This document shows positions 10,971 through 21,873 of a stretch of 64,000 nucleotides of DNA, in pieces. The first letter of the stretch is position 1, and each line of letters opens with the position of its first letter. The notes below the pieces were generated by a model, which worked only from the letters and a program-made list of their open reading frames with translations, was not told the origin of the DNA and ran no database searches. Source of the DNA: Longimicrobiales bacterium (lineage in GTDB: Bacteria; Gemmatimonadota; Gemmatimonadetes; Longimicrobiales; Gaopeijiaceae); contig CAXXKM010000001.1 of the NCBI GenBank assembly GCA_963664435.2, positions 192,001 through 256,000 on the forward strand. The letters run 5' to 3'. A program made the translations under genes and the position numbers.

Positions 10971-13088
10971 CTATCCGAGAAGGGCTTCCAGAACACCCCG
11001 CACCCACGACATGCCAACTCCGCCCTCCCCATGCACGCGCACGAACCAGGGAGCCAGCACGAGAGCCACCACGCTCATCAGCTTGATGAGGATGTTGAGC
11101 GAGGGACCCGAGGTATCCTTGAAGGGATCCCCGACGGTGTCGCCCACGACCGCGGCCTTGTGGGGCTCGGAGCCCTTGCCGCCCATCGCTCCGCCCTCGA
11201 TGTACTTCTTCGCGTTGTCCCAGGCGCCGCCGGCGTTGGCCATGAAGAGCGCCATGAGCACGCCGGTCACCGTCGCGCCGGCGAGCAGTCCCCCCAGCGC
11301 CTCCACACCGAGAAAGCGGCCGACGATCACCGGCGACAGCACGGCGATGACTCCCGGGAGGATCATCTCGCGCAGCGCCGCGCGGGTGGAGATGTCCACG
11401 CAGCGGGCCGAATCGGGTTTTGCGCGGCCTTCCATGATGCCGGGGATCTCGCGGAACTGGCGCCGCACCTCGGCGACCATCCCGGCCGCCGCGCGCCCCA
11501 CGGCGGTCATGGTGAGCGCCGCCACCAGGAAGGGCAGCGCCGCGCCCAGGAAGAGTCCGATCACGACCAGCGGGTCGACGATGCTGATCCCGGTCTGCTG
11601 GAGGCCCACCTTGGTGGTGTAGGCGGAGAAGAGCGCGAGGGCGGTGAGCGCCGCGGAGCCGATGGCGAAGCCCTTTCCGATCGCCGCGGTGGTGTTGCCG
11701 ATCGCATCCAGCGAGTCGGTGATCCTGCGGGTCTCCTCCCCGAGGCCGCTCATCTCGGAGATGCCGCCGGCGTTGTCCGCGACGGGCCCGTAGGCGTCCA
11801 CGGACATGGTCACACCCACGGTGGCCAGCATGCCGACGGCGGCGATGCCGATGCCGTACAGCCCCGCCGCCATGAACGAGACGAAGATCGCGAGGCAGAT
11901 GAGAAGCACCGGGATCACCGTGGACTCCATCCCCACTGCCAGCCCGGTGATCATGTTGGTTGCGGAACCGGTGTCGCTCGCGCGGGCGATCCGGTGCACC
12001 GGCTTGCCGGCCGTGTAGTACTCGGTGGCCAGCCCGATGAGGATCCCCACCAGGGTTCCCGCGAGGATCGCCCAGAAGGGCCCCATCGGGGAGTACGCGG
12101 TGTCGCCGTCGGCCAGCTGCAGGTCCAGCGATCCGACGATTAGGTACATCGCCACCAGGAAGAGGCCCGCGGCGACGAAGGTGACGTTGCGCAGGGCGCC
12201 GGCCGGGCTGCTGCGCTCAAGGACTTTCATGGCGGCGATCCCGAGCAGCGAGGCCACCAGCCCCGCCATCACCGTCAGCAGGGGCAGCGCGACCGTCTCC
12301 GCGACGCTGGCGGAGGTGAGCTGCGAGGTCGCCGCGATGGCAATGGTGGCAATGATCGACCCGACATACGACTCGAAGATGTCGGCGCCCATGCCGGCCA
12401 CGTCCCCCACGTTGTCGCCCACGTTGTCGGCGATGGTGGCCGGGTTGCGCGGATCGTCCTCCGGGATGCCCGCCTCGACCTTGCCCACGAGGTCCGCCCC
12501 CACGTCCGCCGCCTTGGTGAAGATGCCGCCGCCCACGCGCGCGAACAGCGCGATGGAGCTGGCCCCCATCGCGAAGCCGGAAACGATCTCCGAGAAGCGC
12601 GGGAAGTCGCTGGTGCCGGGGATGGCGCCCGCGGCGAAGATCCAGTAGAAGATCCCCACCCCGAGCAGCCCCAGCGCCGCCACCGAGAGACCCATGACCG
12701 CGCCCCCCGCGAAGGCGATGCGGAGCGCCTTGCCCTGGCCCTCGCTGCTGGCCGCGGCGGAGGTGCGCACGTTGGCGCGCGTGGCCGCCTTCATGCCGAA
12801 GAAGCCGGCGAGCACCGAGGAGGAGGCGCCCGCCACGTAGGCAACCCAGGTCCAGCCCGGTATCGCCACCGCCAGCAGGATGGCGACCAGCACGACGAAC
12901 CCCGCCAGCACCGTGTATTCGCGGCGCAGGAACGCCATCGCTCCGTCGTGAATCTGGTCGGCGAGGTCGACCATCACGGCCGAGCCCGGGTCCTGCCCGC
13001 GCACGTAGGCGAAAACCCCGCCGGCCGCCGCGAGCCCGACGACGCCGAACATCCAGGCCCAATTCGCAAGGGGTACCAAGTCGTTCAT
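10971..13088 (-). CDS. hppA: Membrane-integral pyrophosphatase, K+-dependent (probably Na+-translocating)
   Basis: [49 protein letters not shown]. Confidence 0.95.
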   Translation of the reverse strand: MNDLVPLANWAWMFGVVGLAAAGGVFAYVRGQDPGSAVMVDLADQIHDGAMAFLRREYTVLAGFVVLVAILLAVAIPGWTWVAYVAGASSSVLAGFFGMKAATRANVRTSAAASSEGQGKALRIAFAGGAVMGLSVAALGLLGVGIFYWIFAAGAIPGTSDFPRFSEIVSGFAMGASSIALFARVGGGIFTKAADVGADLVGKVEAGIPEDDPRNPATIADNVGDNVGDVAGMGADIFESYVGSIIATIAIAATSQLTSASVAETVALPLLTVMAGLVASLLGIAAMKVLERSSPAGALRNVTFVAAGLFLVAMYLIVGSLDLQLADGDTAYSPMGPFWAILAGTLVGILIGLATEYYTAGKPVHRIARASDTGSATNMITGLAVGMESTVIPVLLICLAIFVSFMAAGLYGIGIAAVGMLATVGVTMSVDAYGPVADNAGGISEMSGLGEETRRITDSLDAIGNTTAAIGKGFAIGSAALTALALFSAYTTKVGLQQTGISIVDPLVVIGLFLGAALPFLVAALTMTAVGRAAAGMVAEVRRQFREIPGIMEGRAKPDSARCVDISTRAALREMILPGVIAVLSPVIVGRFLGVEALGGLLAGATVTGVLMALFMANAGGAWDNAKKYIEGGAMGGKGSEPHKAAVVGDTVGDPFKDTSGPSLNILIKLMSVVALVLAPWFVRVHGEGGVGMSWVRGVLEALLG

Positions 13089-13142
13089 CTGATCTGCTTC
13101 TCGTGAGGGTGGCGGTTCAGTCCCCGCCCTCGCGCGGGCGGG

Positions 13143-13706
13143 TCATCGGTTGTAGGCGTTCATCGCGGGATCGATTCCCTCGGCCATCCACAGTCGGGCT
13201 GCGGCAGGCAGTTCGTCCAGCAGGGCGACGACCACGTCCTCGTCATCCTCCGGCATCGGCGAGAGCACCCAGTCGGCCAGATCCATGCCTTCGGGGCGGC
13301 GACCCACCCCGATGCGCAGCCGGGGATAGTCCGGGGTGCCGAGCACGCCGGTCACGGACCGAAGCCCCTTGTGTCCGCCGGCCCCGCCTCCGGGCCTGAA
13401 CCGCAACCGCCCGACGCCGAGGTTGACATCGTCGGCCACGACCAGAAGGTCCTCCCCGGCGCCGAAATCAGCGGCGTCGAGGTAGGGAGCCAGCGCGGCC
13501 CCGCTCCGATTCACGTAGGTGACCGGTTTCACCAGGTGCACGGCGTGGTCATCGACGACGCCGTCGGCCAGCAGCGCGGCGCGCGTCATCTCGAAGGGCC
13601 CGAAATCCCAGTCGTACGCCAGACGGTCGATCACCCACCATCCCACGTTGTGGCGTGTGGCGTCATAACGGGGTCCCGGATTCCCGAGGCCCACGATGAC
13701 CTTCAA
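13143..13706 (-). CDS. pth: Peptidyl-tRNA hydrolase
   Basis: VGLGNPG..Y..TRHNVG, GGHKGL, RLRIGVG. Confidence 0.95.
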   Translation of the reverse strand: MKVIVGLGNPGPRYDATRHNVGWWVIDRLAYDWDFGPFEMTRAALLADGVVDDHAVHLVKPVTYVNRSGAALAPYLDAADFGAGEDLLVVADDVNLGVGRLRFRPGGGAGGHKGLRSVTGVLGTPDYPRLRIGVGRRPEGMDLADWVLSPMPEDDEDVVVALLDELPAAARLWMAEGIDPAMNAYNR

Positions 13707-14345
13707 CTAGGATTCCTCGACATCCTCGCCGGCTTCTTCGACCTCGCCGACTTCCAGTTCTTCCTCTTCGTCGTCTTCAGGCTCCCAGGATGTCGCGATG
13801 TGACACACCAGGGTATCCGGGCCGGAGAGCAGCTCAACGTCCTCGGGGAGGGCGAGGTCGCCGAGCCGAAGCGACTCTCCGATCTCGAGTTCCGAGATGT
13901 CGGCGTGGATCGACTCCGGTATCCTTGCGGGCGTGCAGCGGACATGCGCTTCGTGGACGGCGATGTCCAGGCGGCCGCCGCTGCGGGTACCGGCCGGAGT
14001 GCCGGAAAGCGAAATCGGCACGTTCAGTTCGACCGCTATGCCCCGGCGCAGGTGCATGAAGTCGACGTGGATGACGTCGGGGCGGAAGGGATGGGTCTGG
14101 ATCTCGCGCACCAGCGTGCGCAGCGTCTCCCCGCCGCCGATGTCGAGCTGGAGGACGGTGTTGGCCACCGGGATGGACTCGAACAGGAGGACCGCCTCCT
14201 GTTCGTCCAGCGAGAGCGGGATGGGTTCCATGTCCTTGCCGTACACGACCGCCGGGATACGTCCCGCGCGCCGCAGGCGGCGGGCGACGCCCTTGCCGGT
14301 CTCTTCCCTGCGCCGGGCCTGGAGGGAGGCTACTGCTACGCTCAT
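13707..14345 (-). CDS. rplY: 50S ribosomal protein L25/Ctc
   Basis: GKGVARRLRRAGRIPAVVYG, HVDF, acidic tail. Confidence 0.95.
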   Translation of the reverse strand: MSVAVASLQARRREETGKGVARRLRRAGRIPAVVYGKDMEPIPLSLDEQEAVLLFESIPVANTVLQLDIGGGETLRTLVREIQTHPFRPDVIHVDFMHLRRGIAVELNVPISLSGTPAGTRSGGRLDIAVHEAHVRCTPARIPESIHADISELEIGESLRLGDLALPEDVELLSGPDTLVCHIATSWEPEDDEEEELEVGEVEEAGEDVEES

Positions 14346-14364
14346 TTCGGGCTCTTCGTCGATT

Positions 14365-15420
14365 TCAGGAGGTTGTCAGGGAGGATCGGGCCGCGCGCGT
14401 CGGCCACGCACTCGCTGGTGCGGGGTCGACGTCACCGGCCTCTATGACGATCGGGGCCTCTCGGGCCGGCATCCTGAACAGCTGGCTCACGGAGGCATTG
14501 GAGTGAATGTAGCGAATGGCGTCGGACAGCAGGCCGGCCACGGAGAGCACCTTCAGCTTGGGAAAGCGCAGTTCCGGAGATATGCCGATGGTGTTGGTGA
14601 CCACCACTTCCTCCACCGGAGCCCCCTGCAGCCGCTCGGACGCCCTTCCCGACAGGAGGGCGTGGGTGGCGCAGGCGTAGACCGCGGCCGCTCCGCGTTC
14701 CTTCAGCGCGTAGATGCCGTTGGTGAGGGTGCCTGCCGTGTCGACCATGTCGTCGACGATCAGGCAGGTCCTGCCCTGCACCTCGCCCACGACGTTGACC
14801 ACTTCGGCCACGTTGGCGGTGCGCCGGCGCTTGTCGATGACCGCCAGGGAGGCTCCGAGCCGGCGGGCGAAGCCGCGGGCCATCTTCGCGGATCCCGCAT
14901 CTGGCGCGATGACGACCAGATCATCCAGGTCCATGTCGCTGAAATACCGCGTCAGCACCGGCGCCGCGTACAGGTGATCCACGGGGATGTCGAAGAATCC
15001 CTGGATCTGATGCTGATGGAAGTCGATGCCCAGCAGCCGGTCGGCACCGGCGGCGACGATCAGGTTGGCGACCAGCTTGGCGCCGATCGAGACCCGGGGC
15101 TGGTCCTTGCGGTCCTGGCGCCCGTAGCCGAAGTAGGGGACCACGGCGGTGACGCGGGCGGCCGAGGCGCGGACGGCGGCGTCGACAAGGAGCAACAGCT
15201 CCATGATGTTGTCGGCCGGCGTCGTCGTCGGCTGGATGATGAAGACATCGCGCCCGCGCGCGTTGCGGTCCAGTCGCACGAAGATCTCGCCGTCCGCGAA
15301 ATCCCGCACCGTGGCTCCGAAGGCGGACTCGCCCAGCCTCTCGCCGATCTCCGCGGCCAGAGGCCGATTGGCCCGGCCAGCAAGGAGCAATAGCGGACCG
15401 CGGCGGTATTGATCGTCCAT
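14365..15420 (-). CDS. prs: Ribose-phosphate pyrophosphokinase
   Basis: FADGEIFV, PYFGYGRQDRK, IAPDAG, IVDDMVDTAGT; start taken at ATG 15420. Confidence 0.95.
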   Translation of the reverse strand: MDDQYRRGPLLLLAGRANRPLAAEIGERLGESAFGATVRDFADGEIFVRLDRNARGRDVFIIQPTTTPADNIMELLLLVDAAVRASAARVTAVVPYFGYGRQDRKDQPRVSIGAKLVANLIVAAGADRLLGIDFHQHQIQGFFDIPVDHLYAAPVLTRYFSDMDLDDLVVIAPDAGSAKMARGFARRLGASLAVIDKRRRTANVAEVVNVVGEVQGRTCLIVDDMVDTAGTLTNGIYALKERGAAAVYACATHALLSGRASERLQGAPVEEVVVTNTIGISPELRFPKLKVLSVAGLLSDAIRYIHSNASVSQLFRMPAREAPIVIEAGDVDPAPASAWPTRAARSSLTTS

Positions 15421-15539
15421 GGAGGCGTCACCGTCAGCTGGCGTTGCGGAGGCGAGTTCGGCGTTACGGTAGCCGTTAAGTGTAGGCATCCCGGAGAGGA
15501 GCGTCAACGCGCCATCTGCTCGACGACGCCACGGGCGGG

Positions 15540-17354
15540 CTATCCGACAATCTGCACGCGCCGCCGTCGAATCACGGGAGCCCAGTCGTCGACTCTGAGC
15601 TCCAGCCGAAGCTCGTAGATCCCGGGTGCCAGGTTTCGGAAATCGAGGTCGACGGAGCGGAAGTGCGCACCCGGCCGCCCGGGGCTCGGCTCGCTCCACT
15701 CGACGTTCAGCGGAGCCTCCCTTCGGCGCAGCCTCAGGAACTCTCCCAGGCGGCGGAAGAACGACCGGTCGAGCGGCTCGATCGCGAGGCGATACGCGAT
15801 CCGGGCTTCACCCGTCCCGAGCCCGTAGGCCTCCCACGCGACAGCCAGCTCCTGCAGCCCGCCGAGCGCCAGGGATGGCAGGGCATGGTGCATCACGTCA
15901 TCGACCGACTCGGGCGCCCGGTCCGGGGCCTCGATGACGAGGAAGTCGGAGAGATCGGGAATATCATCCGGATGCGGACCCAGGACGAGGTCTCCCCGCA
16001 GACGCGCTCCCTGACCGGCTCGGCGGTCGAGCGCCTCCACGCTGTACACATAGCTGCCCAGCGGCGCCATGAGCGACAGCGTGCCGTGTTCCGCCAGCAT
16101 GCGGTGCACCGGCGGGCGGATCTCGCCGACCGTCTCGGCCCAGGGCACCAGGAACAGCCCCGCCTGTACATCCCGCCGCTGCTCGTTCCCTTCCCCGGGG
16201 CTGCCAGGATTGGACGCTGCTTCGGCCGTGTCCCTGGGCTCGAACCGGAACGGAGCCACCACCAGGAGCGAGTCGCCGCGGCGGAAGCGGGCGAGTACCG
16301 TGTGCATCGTCCCCAGTTCGGGGGCATACGACGGTGCGTACGCGCTACGAGGCCGTTCCATCGGGTCACCCCAGACGGTGCCGGCAGGCAGGCTGAATCT
16401 GCCGGTCAGAACGCCGTCCGGCGGCATGTACCGCTCCGAGTGCGGAGGATGGCGCCCGGTTACTCGCGGACGCATGCTCGATCCGCTTGTGGGGACGTAC
16501 CTGGACCAGCTGGTCTCGTGCCCGTAGCGAATGGCGAGTTCGTCCAGTCCGGACGTCCAGGGGAGCCCGTGGGGATTGCGCGCGCGCCGCTGAATGCGAC
16601 CCCCGGTGTGCCGGCTCATGTGTTCGGTCCAGCGGTCGTTGCCACGCACCAGGTAGTAGGGATCGGCGAGTGCCCACAGCCGGCGGCTCGCCCGCTCGCG
16701 CGCTTCCGGATCGAGCCCGGCCAGGCCGGATTCGTCCATCCCCTCGAGCAGGAGATCCAGGGTCAGCCACTCCTCGGCCTCGCGCGCATCCATCGCTTCC
16801 AGGGCCACGCGATAAGCGCGCTCCGCGTCCTCGAAGCGTTCCAGTCGATGGAGCGCGAAACCGCGCAGCGCCTCGCACCAGCCAGGCTCGCGGGCGGTGC
16901 AGGCGCGGGCGACCGCCAGAGCCTCGTGCGCCCGTCCCGCCTCCACGAGGTAGTGGACGCGCTGGCCCGCGATCCAGCCGTCGCCGGGCAGCAGCCGCGC
17001 GGTGTGCGCCAGGGTGTCGAGCAGCTCCTCGCGCGCCACGGTGATCGCCACGTCCTCCGGATCCGGTTCGGTGTGGTTGTCTCCGTGCCAGTAGCACATG
17101 CGGCCGATGACCTCGTCGCACGGAGACGAGCCGGACTCAAGGGACACGGGCAGATGACGGACACGCAGCCGCTCGAAGCGCCGTTGGGCTTCGCGGCTTC
17201 GGTCGTGAATCGCGGAGGAGTCGGGCTCCGTCCCGGCCTCCTGCAGAGAGGGGTCGGGCGGAAGATTGCGCTCTTGCCCATGAGGAGGCGCGGCGGTGGC
17301 CGCGGACGGTCCGGCGAGGACCGTGGCCAGCGCGAGCAGAACGGGCGCAAGCAT
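15540..17354 (-). CDS. Secreted hypothetical protein with degenerate GWxTD-like region and C-terminal Ig-like strands
   Basis: Signal peptide MLAPVLLALATVLAG; LWALADPYY...NDRWTEH..R...W...LAIRYG; C-terminal LAPGIYELRLEL. Confidence 0.6.
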   Translation of the reverse strand: MLAPVLLALATVLAGPSAATAAPPHGQERNLPPDPSLQEAGTEPDSSAIHDRSREAQRRFERLRVRHLPVSLESGSSPCDEVIGRMCYWHGDNHTEPDPEDVAITVAREELLDTLAHTARLLPGDGWIAGQRVHYLVEAGRAHEALAVARACTAREPGWCEALRGFALHRLERFEDAERAYRVALEAMDAREAEEWLTLDLLLEGMDESGLAGLDPEARERASRRLWALADPYYLVRGNDRWTEHMSRHTGGRIQRRARNPHGLPWTSGLDELAIRYGHETSWSRYVPTSGSSMRPRVTGRHPPHSERYMPPDGVLTGRFSLPAGTVWGDPMERPRSAYAPSYAPELGTMHTVLARFRRGDSLLVVAPFRFEPRDTAEAASNPGSPGEGNEQRRDVQAGLFLVPWAETVGEIRPPVHRMLAEHGTLSLMAPLGSYVYSVEALDRRAGQGARLRGDLVLGPHPDDIPDLSDFLVIEAPDRAPESVDDVMHHALPSLALGGLQELAVAWEAYGLGTGEARIAYRLAIEPLDRSFFRRLGEFLRLRRREAPLNVEWSEPSPGRPGAHFRSVDLDFRNLAPGIYELRLELRVDDWAPVIRRRRVQIVG

Positions 17355-17395
17355 CGGGATCGTGATGGCGGCTCCTCCTGCACGGCTGGAGCGGA

Positions 17396-17466
17396 TTGGC
17401 CCGGGTGGATTCGAACCACCACCGCCGGTTCCAAAGACCGGTGTCCTGCCATTAGACGACGGGCCA
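17396..17466 (-). tRNA. tRNA-Gln(UUG), CCA not encoded
   Basis: TGGCCCG/CGGGCCA acceptor stem, CTAATGGCAGGAC D-arm, anticodon loop CTTTGGA, T-loop GGTTCGAATCC. Confidence 0.95.
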
Positions 17467-17484
17467 CTCACGACGGCTCCCGGA

Positions 17485-17513
17485 ATCCTACTCGCGCCGC
17501 GGCGCGGTCTCAA
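17485..17513 (-). promoter_or_regulatory. Putative sigma70 promoter of tRNA-Gln
   Basis: Minus strand TTGAGA-N17-TAGGAT, 18 nt upstream of the tRNA. Confidence 0.55.
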
Positions 17514-17542
17514 GAGCGAGGCGGCGCGGCGGGACGCCCCCC

Positions 17543-18445
17543 CTACGCGGGCTGAATGGATGGAAAGCTCGAAAGCGTGCTCGTCAGATGGACCTGTCCG
17601 GCCCCCGCCATCCGATCAATGCGGCGGCGGGCGCGCGCGGCAGCCTCGGCGTCCCGGTACACCGCAAAGGTCGTGCTGCCGCTGCCCGACATGAGCGTCA
17701 GGAGGGGGGATGTTGCCCGCAACGACATCACCGTTTCCCGGAGGTCGGGGCGGGCGGCGAAGATGGGCCCCTCGAAGTCGTTGTGGGCCATCCCGGCCAC
17801 GGTCGCCCAGTCCCGGCAGCGGGCCGGGGTGAGAGGCACCGGCTTCCCGTCGGAGAGCCCCTCCACCCCTCCACCCCTCCCCCGGGCGAGCAGGCTGTAC
17901 GCCCAGGCCGTCGCCACCCCCTCCGGCGACCCCACCAACAGCACCGGCCGGGAGGGTAGCGGGGGCAGCGGCGTGAGGTGGTCGCCGCGGCCGCCACCCA
18001 GTGCGAGCGGCGACGGCGACAGGAAGAAGGGGACGTCGGCGCCGAGGCCGCGCGCCACCTCGGTGAGCGCGGCGACGCCGGCGGGAGGCTGGAACAGCTC
18101 GTCCAGGCAGCGGAGCGTCGCCGCCGCGTCCGAGGAGCCGCCCCCCAGCCCGCCACCGACCGGAATGCGCTTCTGCAGCCGGATGGCCACCCCGCCGCGC
18201 TCGCCCCGCGCGTCCAGGTAGGCCCGCGCCGCGCGGTACACCAGGTTGTCGCGCGGGTCGCCCAGGTCGGCGCCCGTGACCTCGACGGCGATCCCGGCCG
18301 CGGCGCGTTCCATCCGCAGGCGGTCGCACAAGCCGACCGCCGCGAAGAGCGTGTCGACGTTGTGGTATCCGTCGGCGCGGCGCGCGCCCACGCGCAGAAC
18401 GAGATTGACCTTGGCCGGAGCCTCGACCACCACCGCGCGCTTCAC
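17543..18445 (-). CDS. ispE: 4-diphosphocytidyl-2-C-methyl-D-erythritol kinase
   Basis: APAKVNLVL, DGYH, KRIPVGGGLGGGSSDAA, LGADVPFF, MSGSGST; start GTG 18445 (alternative GTG 18598). Confidence 0.95.
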   Translation of the reverse strand: MKRAVVVEAPAKVNLVLRVGARRADGYHNVDTLFAAVGLCDRLRMERAAAGIAVEVTGADLGDPRDNLVYRAARAYLDARGERGGVAIRLQKRIPVGGGLGGGSSDAAATLRCLDELFQPPAGVAALTEVARGLGADVPFFLSPSPLALGGGRGDHLTPLPPLPSRPVLLVGSPEGVATAWAYSLLARGRGGGVEGLSDGKPVPLTPARCRDWATVAGMAHNDFEGPIFAARPDLRETVMSLRATSPLLTLMSGSGSTTFAVYRDAEAAARARRRIDRMAGAGQVHLTSTLSSFPSIQPA

Positions 18446-18594
18446 CGCACCCGGCCCTCCACGCCAAGCGCCGGGACCGCGCCCTCGACCAGGACCGAGA
18501 CCACGCCCCCACCCAGGGCTGAGACCGAGACCAGCGTCGCGACCAGGACCGATCGCGCCCGCGCCCGGCACGGACAACTCGACGGAACCATCGA

Positions 18595-19647
18595 TCACGC
18601 CCGGGAAGGCTGCCGGCGCCCCCGCCGCGTCGCCTCTTCCCCGCCCTTCCTCGCAGGCACCATCTCCCGGAACGAAAACCCCATGCGCCAGAAAAACCAG
18701 AGCCCGATCGCGGTCACCGGAATGAAGGTCGTGATGTGGTATCCCGCGGCGAACGCGAGCGCGGGGTTCTCGCCGACTCCGAGGACGTCGACAAGCGCCA
18801 CCCGCACCGCGGCCTCGAACGGGCCGAAGAAGCCCGGTGCCGAAGGGAGCGCGACCGCCAGCGCGGTAATCCCGTTCAGGAAGAGCGCTTCCGCGTACCC
18901 CGCATCGATGCCGAACGCGGCGAACCCCAGCCAGAACGAGGCCGAATGCCAGAGCCAGAAAACGAGGCTCCACCCCGCCGCGCGCACCACCAGCATGGGA
19001 CTGCGAAGCGCACCCAGCCCCTCGATAAGCCCGTCCAGAATGAGCAGCGTCCTCTCCCCCGCCGCGCCCGGCAGACGGGACGCAAGCCGCCGGCCGATCG
19101 CCCGCGCCCAGTCCGGACGCGCGAGCACCAGCACGACGACCAGCACGACGATCGCGAGCACGGCCAGGAACCCGGCGACCGCTCCCCGGACGATGTTGCC
19201 CGCAAGCTCCGAGTCGGCGCGAAACCCCGGCAGCGACAGCGAGACCACCAGCAGCGCCACAACCGTCACGCCATCAAAGAGGCGTTCCACGGCGAGGGAG
19301 GCCAGGCACGCGGAGGTGCGCAGCTTTTCCATGCGCGCGAGCGACCAGGCCCTGGCGAACTCGCCGGCCCGAGCGGGCAGCAGGTTGTTGACCATGAAGC
19401 CGATGGAGGTGGCGGCGAATCGCGGGCGCAGGCCGGTCTGCGGGCGGAGCGGGGCGAGCAGCACTTTCCATCTCATGGCCCGCAACAGGTAGCCTGCGGT
19501 CGCGACGACCACCGACGCGAGCAGCCACCAAGGGTCGGCGGCCGCCACCTCCGCGGCGATGGCGCCCAGGTCCTCGCCGCGGAACACCCACCACAGCAGC
19601 AGGACGCTGATGGAAAGCCCGATGACGGACTTCCAGGACGATGTCAC
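18595..19647 (-). CDS. Lysylphosphatidylglycerol synthase TM-domain / UPF0104 flippase-like protein
   Basis: LRAMRWKVLL, GFMVNNLLPARAGEFAR, VERLFD, PSAPGFFGPFE; multiple TM. Confidence 0.85.
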   Translation of the reverse strand: MTSSWKSVIGLSISVLLLWWVFRGEDLGAIAAEVAAADPWWLLASVVVATAGYLLRAMRWKVLLAPLRPQTGLRPRFAATSIGFMVNNLLPARAGEFARAWSLARMEKLRTSACLASLAVERLFDGVTVVALLVVSLSLPGFRADSELAGNIVRGAVAGFLAVLAIVVLVVVLVLARPDWARAIGRRLASRLPGAAGERTLLILDGLIEGLGALRSPMLVVRAAGWSLVFWLWHSASFWLGFAAFGIDAGYAEALFLNGITALAVALPSAPGFFGPFEAAVRVALVDVLGVGENPALAFAAGYHITTFIPVTAIGLWFFWRMGFSFREMVPARKGGEEATRRGRRQPSRA

Positions 19648-19657
19648 GAGCGAGACC

Positions 19658-20422
19658 TCAGAAGCCGATGGGAGGAAGCCAGCCCTCGGCGCTCATCATC
19701 CCGGGAGCGCGCCGGATGATCTCCTTCATCTCCCGCACCGCACGCTCGAGCCCCACCAGCACCGCGCGCGAGATGATGCTGTGGCCGATGTTGAGTTCCT
19801 CGATCTCGCCGACCGCGGCCACCGGGATCACGTTCTCGTAGGTGAGCCCGTGCCCGGCATGTACCGCCAATCCGGCTTCCCGCCCCGCGCGCGCCGCCGA
19901 CACCAGGCGACCCAGCTGGGCGGGACGGCCGTCCAGGTCCGCCAGCGCGTACTCTCCGGTGTGCAGTTCCACGGCGTCGGCGCCCAGCTCCGCGCTTGCT
20001 TCGATCGCGTCCTCGTCCGGGTCGATGAAGAGCGATGTCCGGACCCCGGCGTCGGCGAGGCGAGCGAGCGCATCGCGCATGGCGGCGCGCACTTCCGCCG
20101 AACCGAGGGCCAGTCCCCCCTCGGTGGTGACCTCCTCGCGGCGCTCGGGCACGAGCGTAGCCTGCATCGGCGCGAGCTCGCATGCCAGCCCCAGAATGTC
20201 GGGCGCAGTCGCCAGCTCGAGATTGATCCCGGTACGGGCCGTCTCCATGAGCAGCCGGACATCCCGGTCACTGATGTGGCGCCGGTCCTCGCGCAGGTGC
20301 ACGGTGATGCCGTCGGCGCCTCCCAACTCGGTCAGCACCGCCGCGCGCACGGGATCGGGTTCATCGGTCCGGCGTGCCTGCCGGACGGTGGCGACGTGAT
20401 CGATGTTGACGTAGAAGCGCAT
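19658..20422 (-). CDS. pdxJ: Pyridoxine 5'-phosphate synthase
   Basis: [46 protein letters not shown]. Confidence 0.96.
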   Translation of the reverse strand: MRFYVNIDHVATVRQARRTDEPDPVRAAVLTELGGADGITVHLREDRRHISDRDVRLLMETARTGINLELATAPDILGLACELAPMQATLVPERREEVTTEGGLALGSAEVRAAMRDALARLADAGVRTSLFIDPDEDAIEASAELGADAVELHTGEYALADLDGRPAQLGRLVSAARAGREAGLAVHAGHGLTYENVIPVAAVGEIEELNIGHSIISRAVLVGLERAVREMKEIIRRAPGMMSAEGWLPPIGF

Positions 20423-20430
20423 GGCGTGCC

Positions 20431-21768
20431 TCAACCGGATGAAGGAATGACGTCCTCGGACACCCCCTGAGCGGCGACCTCCAGGATCTCGATCCCGCGC
20501 GCCTGGAGGCGGCCCAGGGCCGACGCGGGAAGCCGCGCCGTGACCGTGAGCGCCGAGTCGTCTCGAATGGTCTTCACAACCTCACCCTCGCGATAGAGCG
20601 CTGCAAGCGTGCCCCCGTCCGTCACCTTGAGCACCACCTGCACGCTGTGCAGCGCTGCCCGAATCCGAGCCAGAAGCACGTTTCGCAGCCGATCGAGCGT
20701 CTTCGGCCGGAAGGCCGAGAGGAAGACGGAGGGGGTATGCTCGCGACCTCGCACGCGCTCCCTGAGCACCTCCTCCTCGGCGTGGGTGACGAGGTCGGTC
20801 TTGTTGAACACGAGCACGCGGGGCGCGTCCAGGAGTTCGAGCTCCTCCAGCACCTCGTGCACGACGGCGAGCCGGCCTTCCCAGTCGGGCTCCGAAGCAT
20901 CCACCACGTGCAGGATCAGATCCGCTTCCCGCGCCTCCTCGAGCGTCGACCGGAACGACGCGATGAGGTCGTGCGGGAGCTTGCGGATGAAGCCCACCGT
21001 GTCCGTGAGCAGCGCCTGGTGCCCCTCTCCCAGGGACACCACGCGGGTGGCGGAATCGAGGGTGGCGAAGAGCCGGTCCTCCACCAGCAGGTCGGCGCCC
21101 GAGAGCGCCTTGAGGAGCGATGACTTGCCGGCGTTCGTGTACCCGACGAGCGCCGCGCGGAAGGAGTTCGCCCGTCCCTTGCGCTGCGTGGCCCGCGACC
21201 GGGCGACCGCTTCCAGCTTGTGCTTCAGTTCCGCAATCCGGGTGCCGATCAGGCGCCGGTCGGTCTCGAGCTGGGTCTCGCCCGGCCCCCTGAGCCCGAT
21301 CCCGCCCCGGATGCGCGAAAGGTGGCTCCACATGCGCTTCAGGCGTGGCAGCAGGTACTCGAGCTGTGCAAGCTCGACCTGCATGCGGGCTTCCCGGGTG
21401 CGCGCACGGGTTGCGAAGATATCCAGGATGAGCTCGGCGCGGTCCATCACCCGGATCCCCAGGAAGTCCTCCAGATGGCGGGCCTGATCCGGCTTCAACT
21501 CATCGTCGAAGATGACCAGGTCGGCCTTCGAGGCGCGCGCCGTCGAGCGCAGTTCGCGGACCTTCCCCTTGCCGACGTAGAAGCGAGGATGGGGACTGCG
21601 GATGCGCTGCTGCACCGTCCCCACGACATCCGCCCCGGCGGTATCCGCGAGGCGGGCGAGCTCCTCGAGGTGCTCACGCGCGGTGGCCTGGGGCATGCGT
21701 CCCCGCGGCGCCCCGACCAGGATCGCGCGATCGATGGCGGGCCGGTTGTCGATGAATCGCTCAGGGAT
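20431..21768 (-). CDS. hflX: GTPase HflX (probable ATC start at 21768; first ATG at 21696)
   Basis: [20 protein letters not shown]1 [25 protein letters not shown]. Confidence 0.95.
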   Translation of the reverse strand: MPERFIDNRPAIDRAILVGAPRGRMPQATAREHLEELARLADTAGADVVGTVQQRIRSPHPRFYVGKGKVRELRSTARASKADLVIFDDELKPDQARHLEDFLGIRVMDRAELILDIFATRARTREARMQVELAQLEYLLPRLKRMWSHLSRIRGGIGLRGPGETQLETDRRLIGTRIAELKHKLEAVARSRATQRKGRANSFRAALVGYTNAGKSSLLKALSGADLLVEDRLFATLDSATRVVSLGEGHQALLTDTVGFIRKLPHDLIASFRSTLEEAREADLILHVVDASEPDWEGRLAVVHEVLEELELLDAPRVLVFNKTDLVTHAEEEVLRERVRGREHTPSVFLSAFRPKTLDRLRNVLLARIRAALHSVQVVLKVTDGGTLAALYREGEVVKTIRDDSALTVTARLPASALGRLQARGIEILEVAAQGVSEDVIPSSG

Positions 21769-21873
21769 TGCGGTACCTCCTTGCGTGGCGAGCCGGTTCG
21801 AGCTCGTTCCGTCTGCCTCCGCAAGCGTCGGGACGGGTCGCGGACGTGGCAGGTTCAGGCATCCGGGTTTCGC

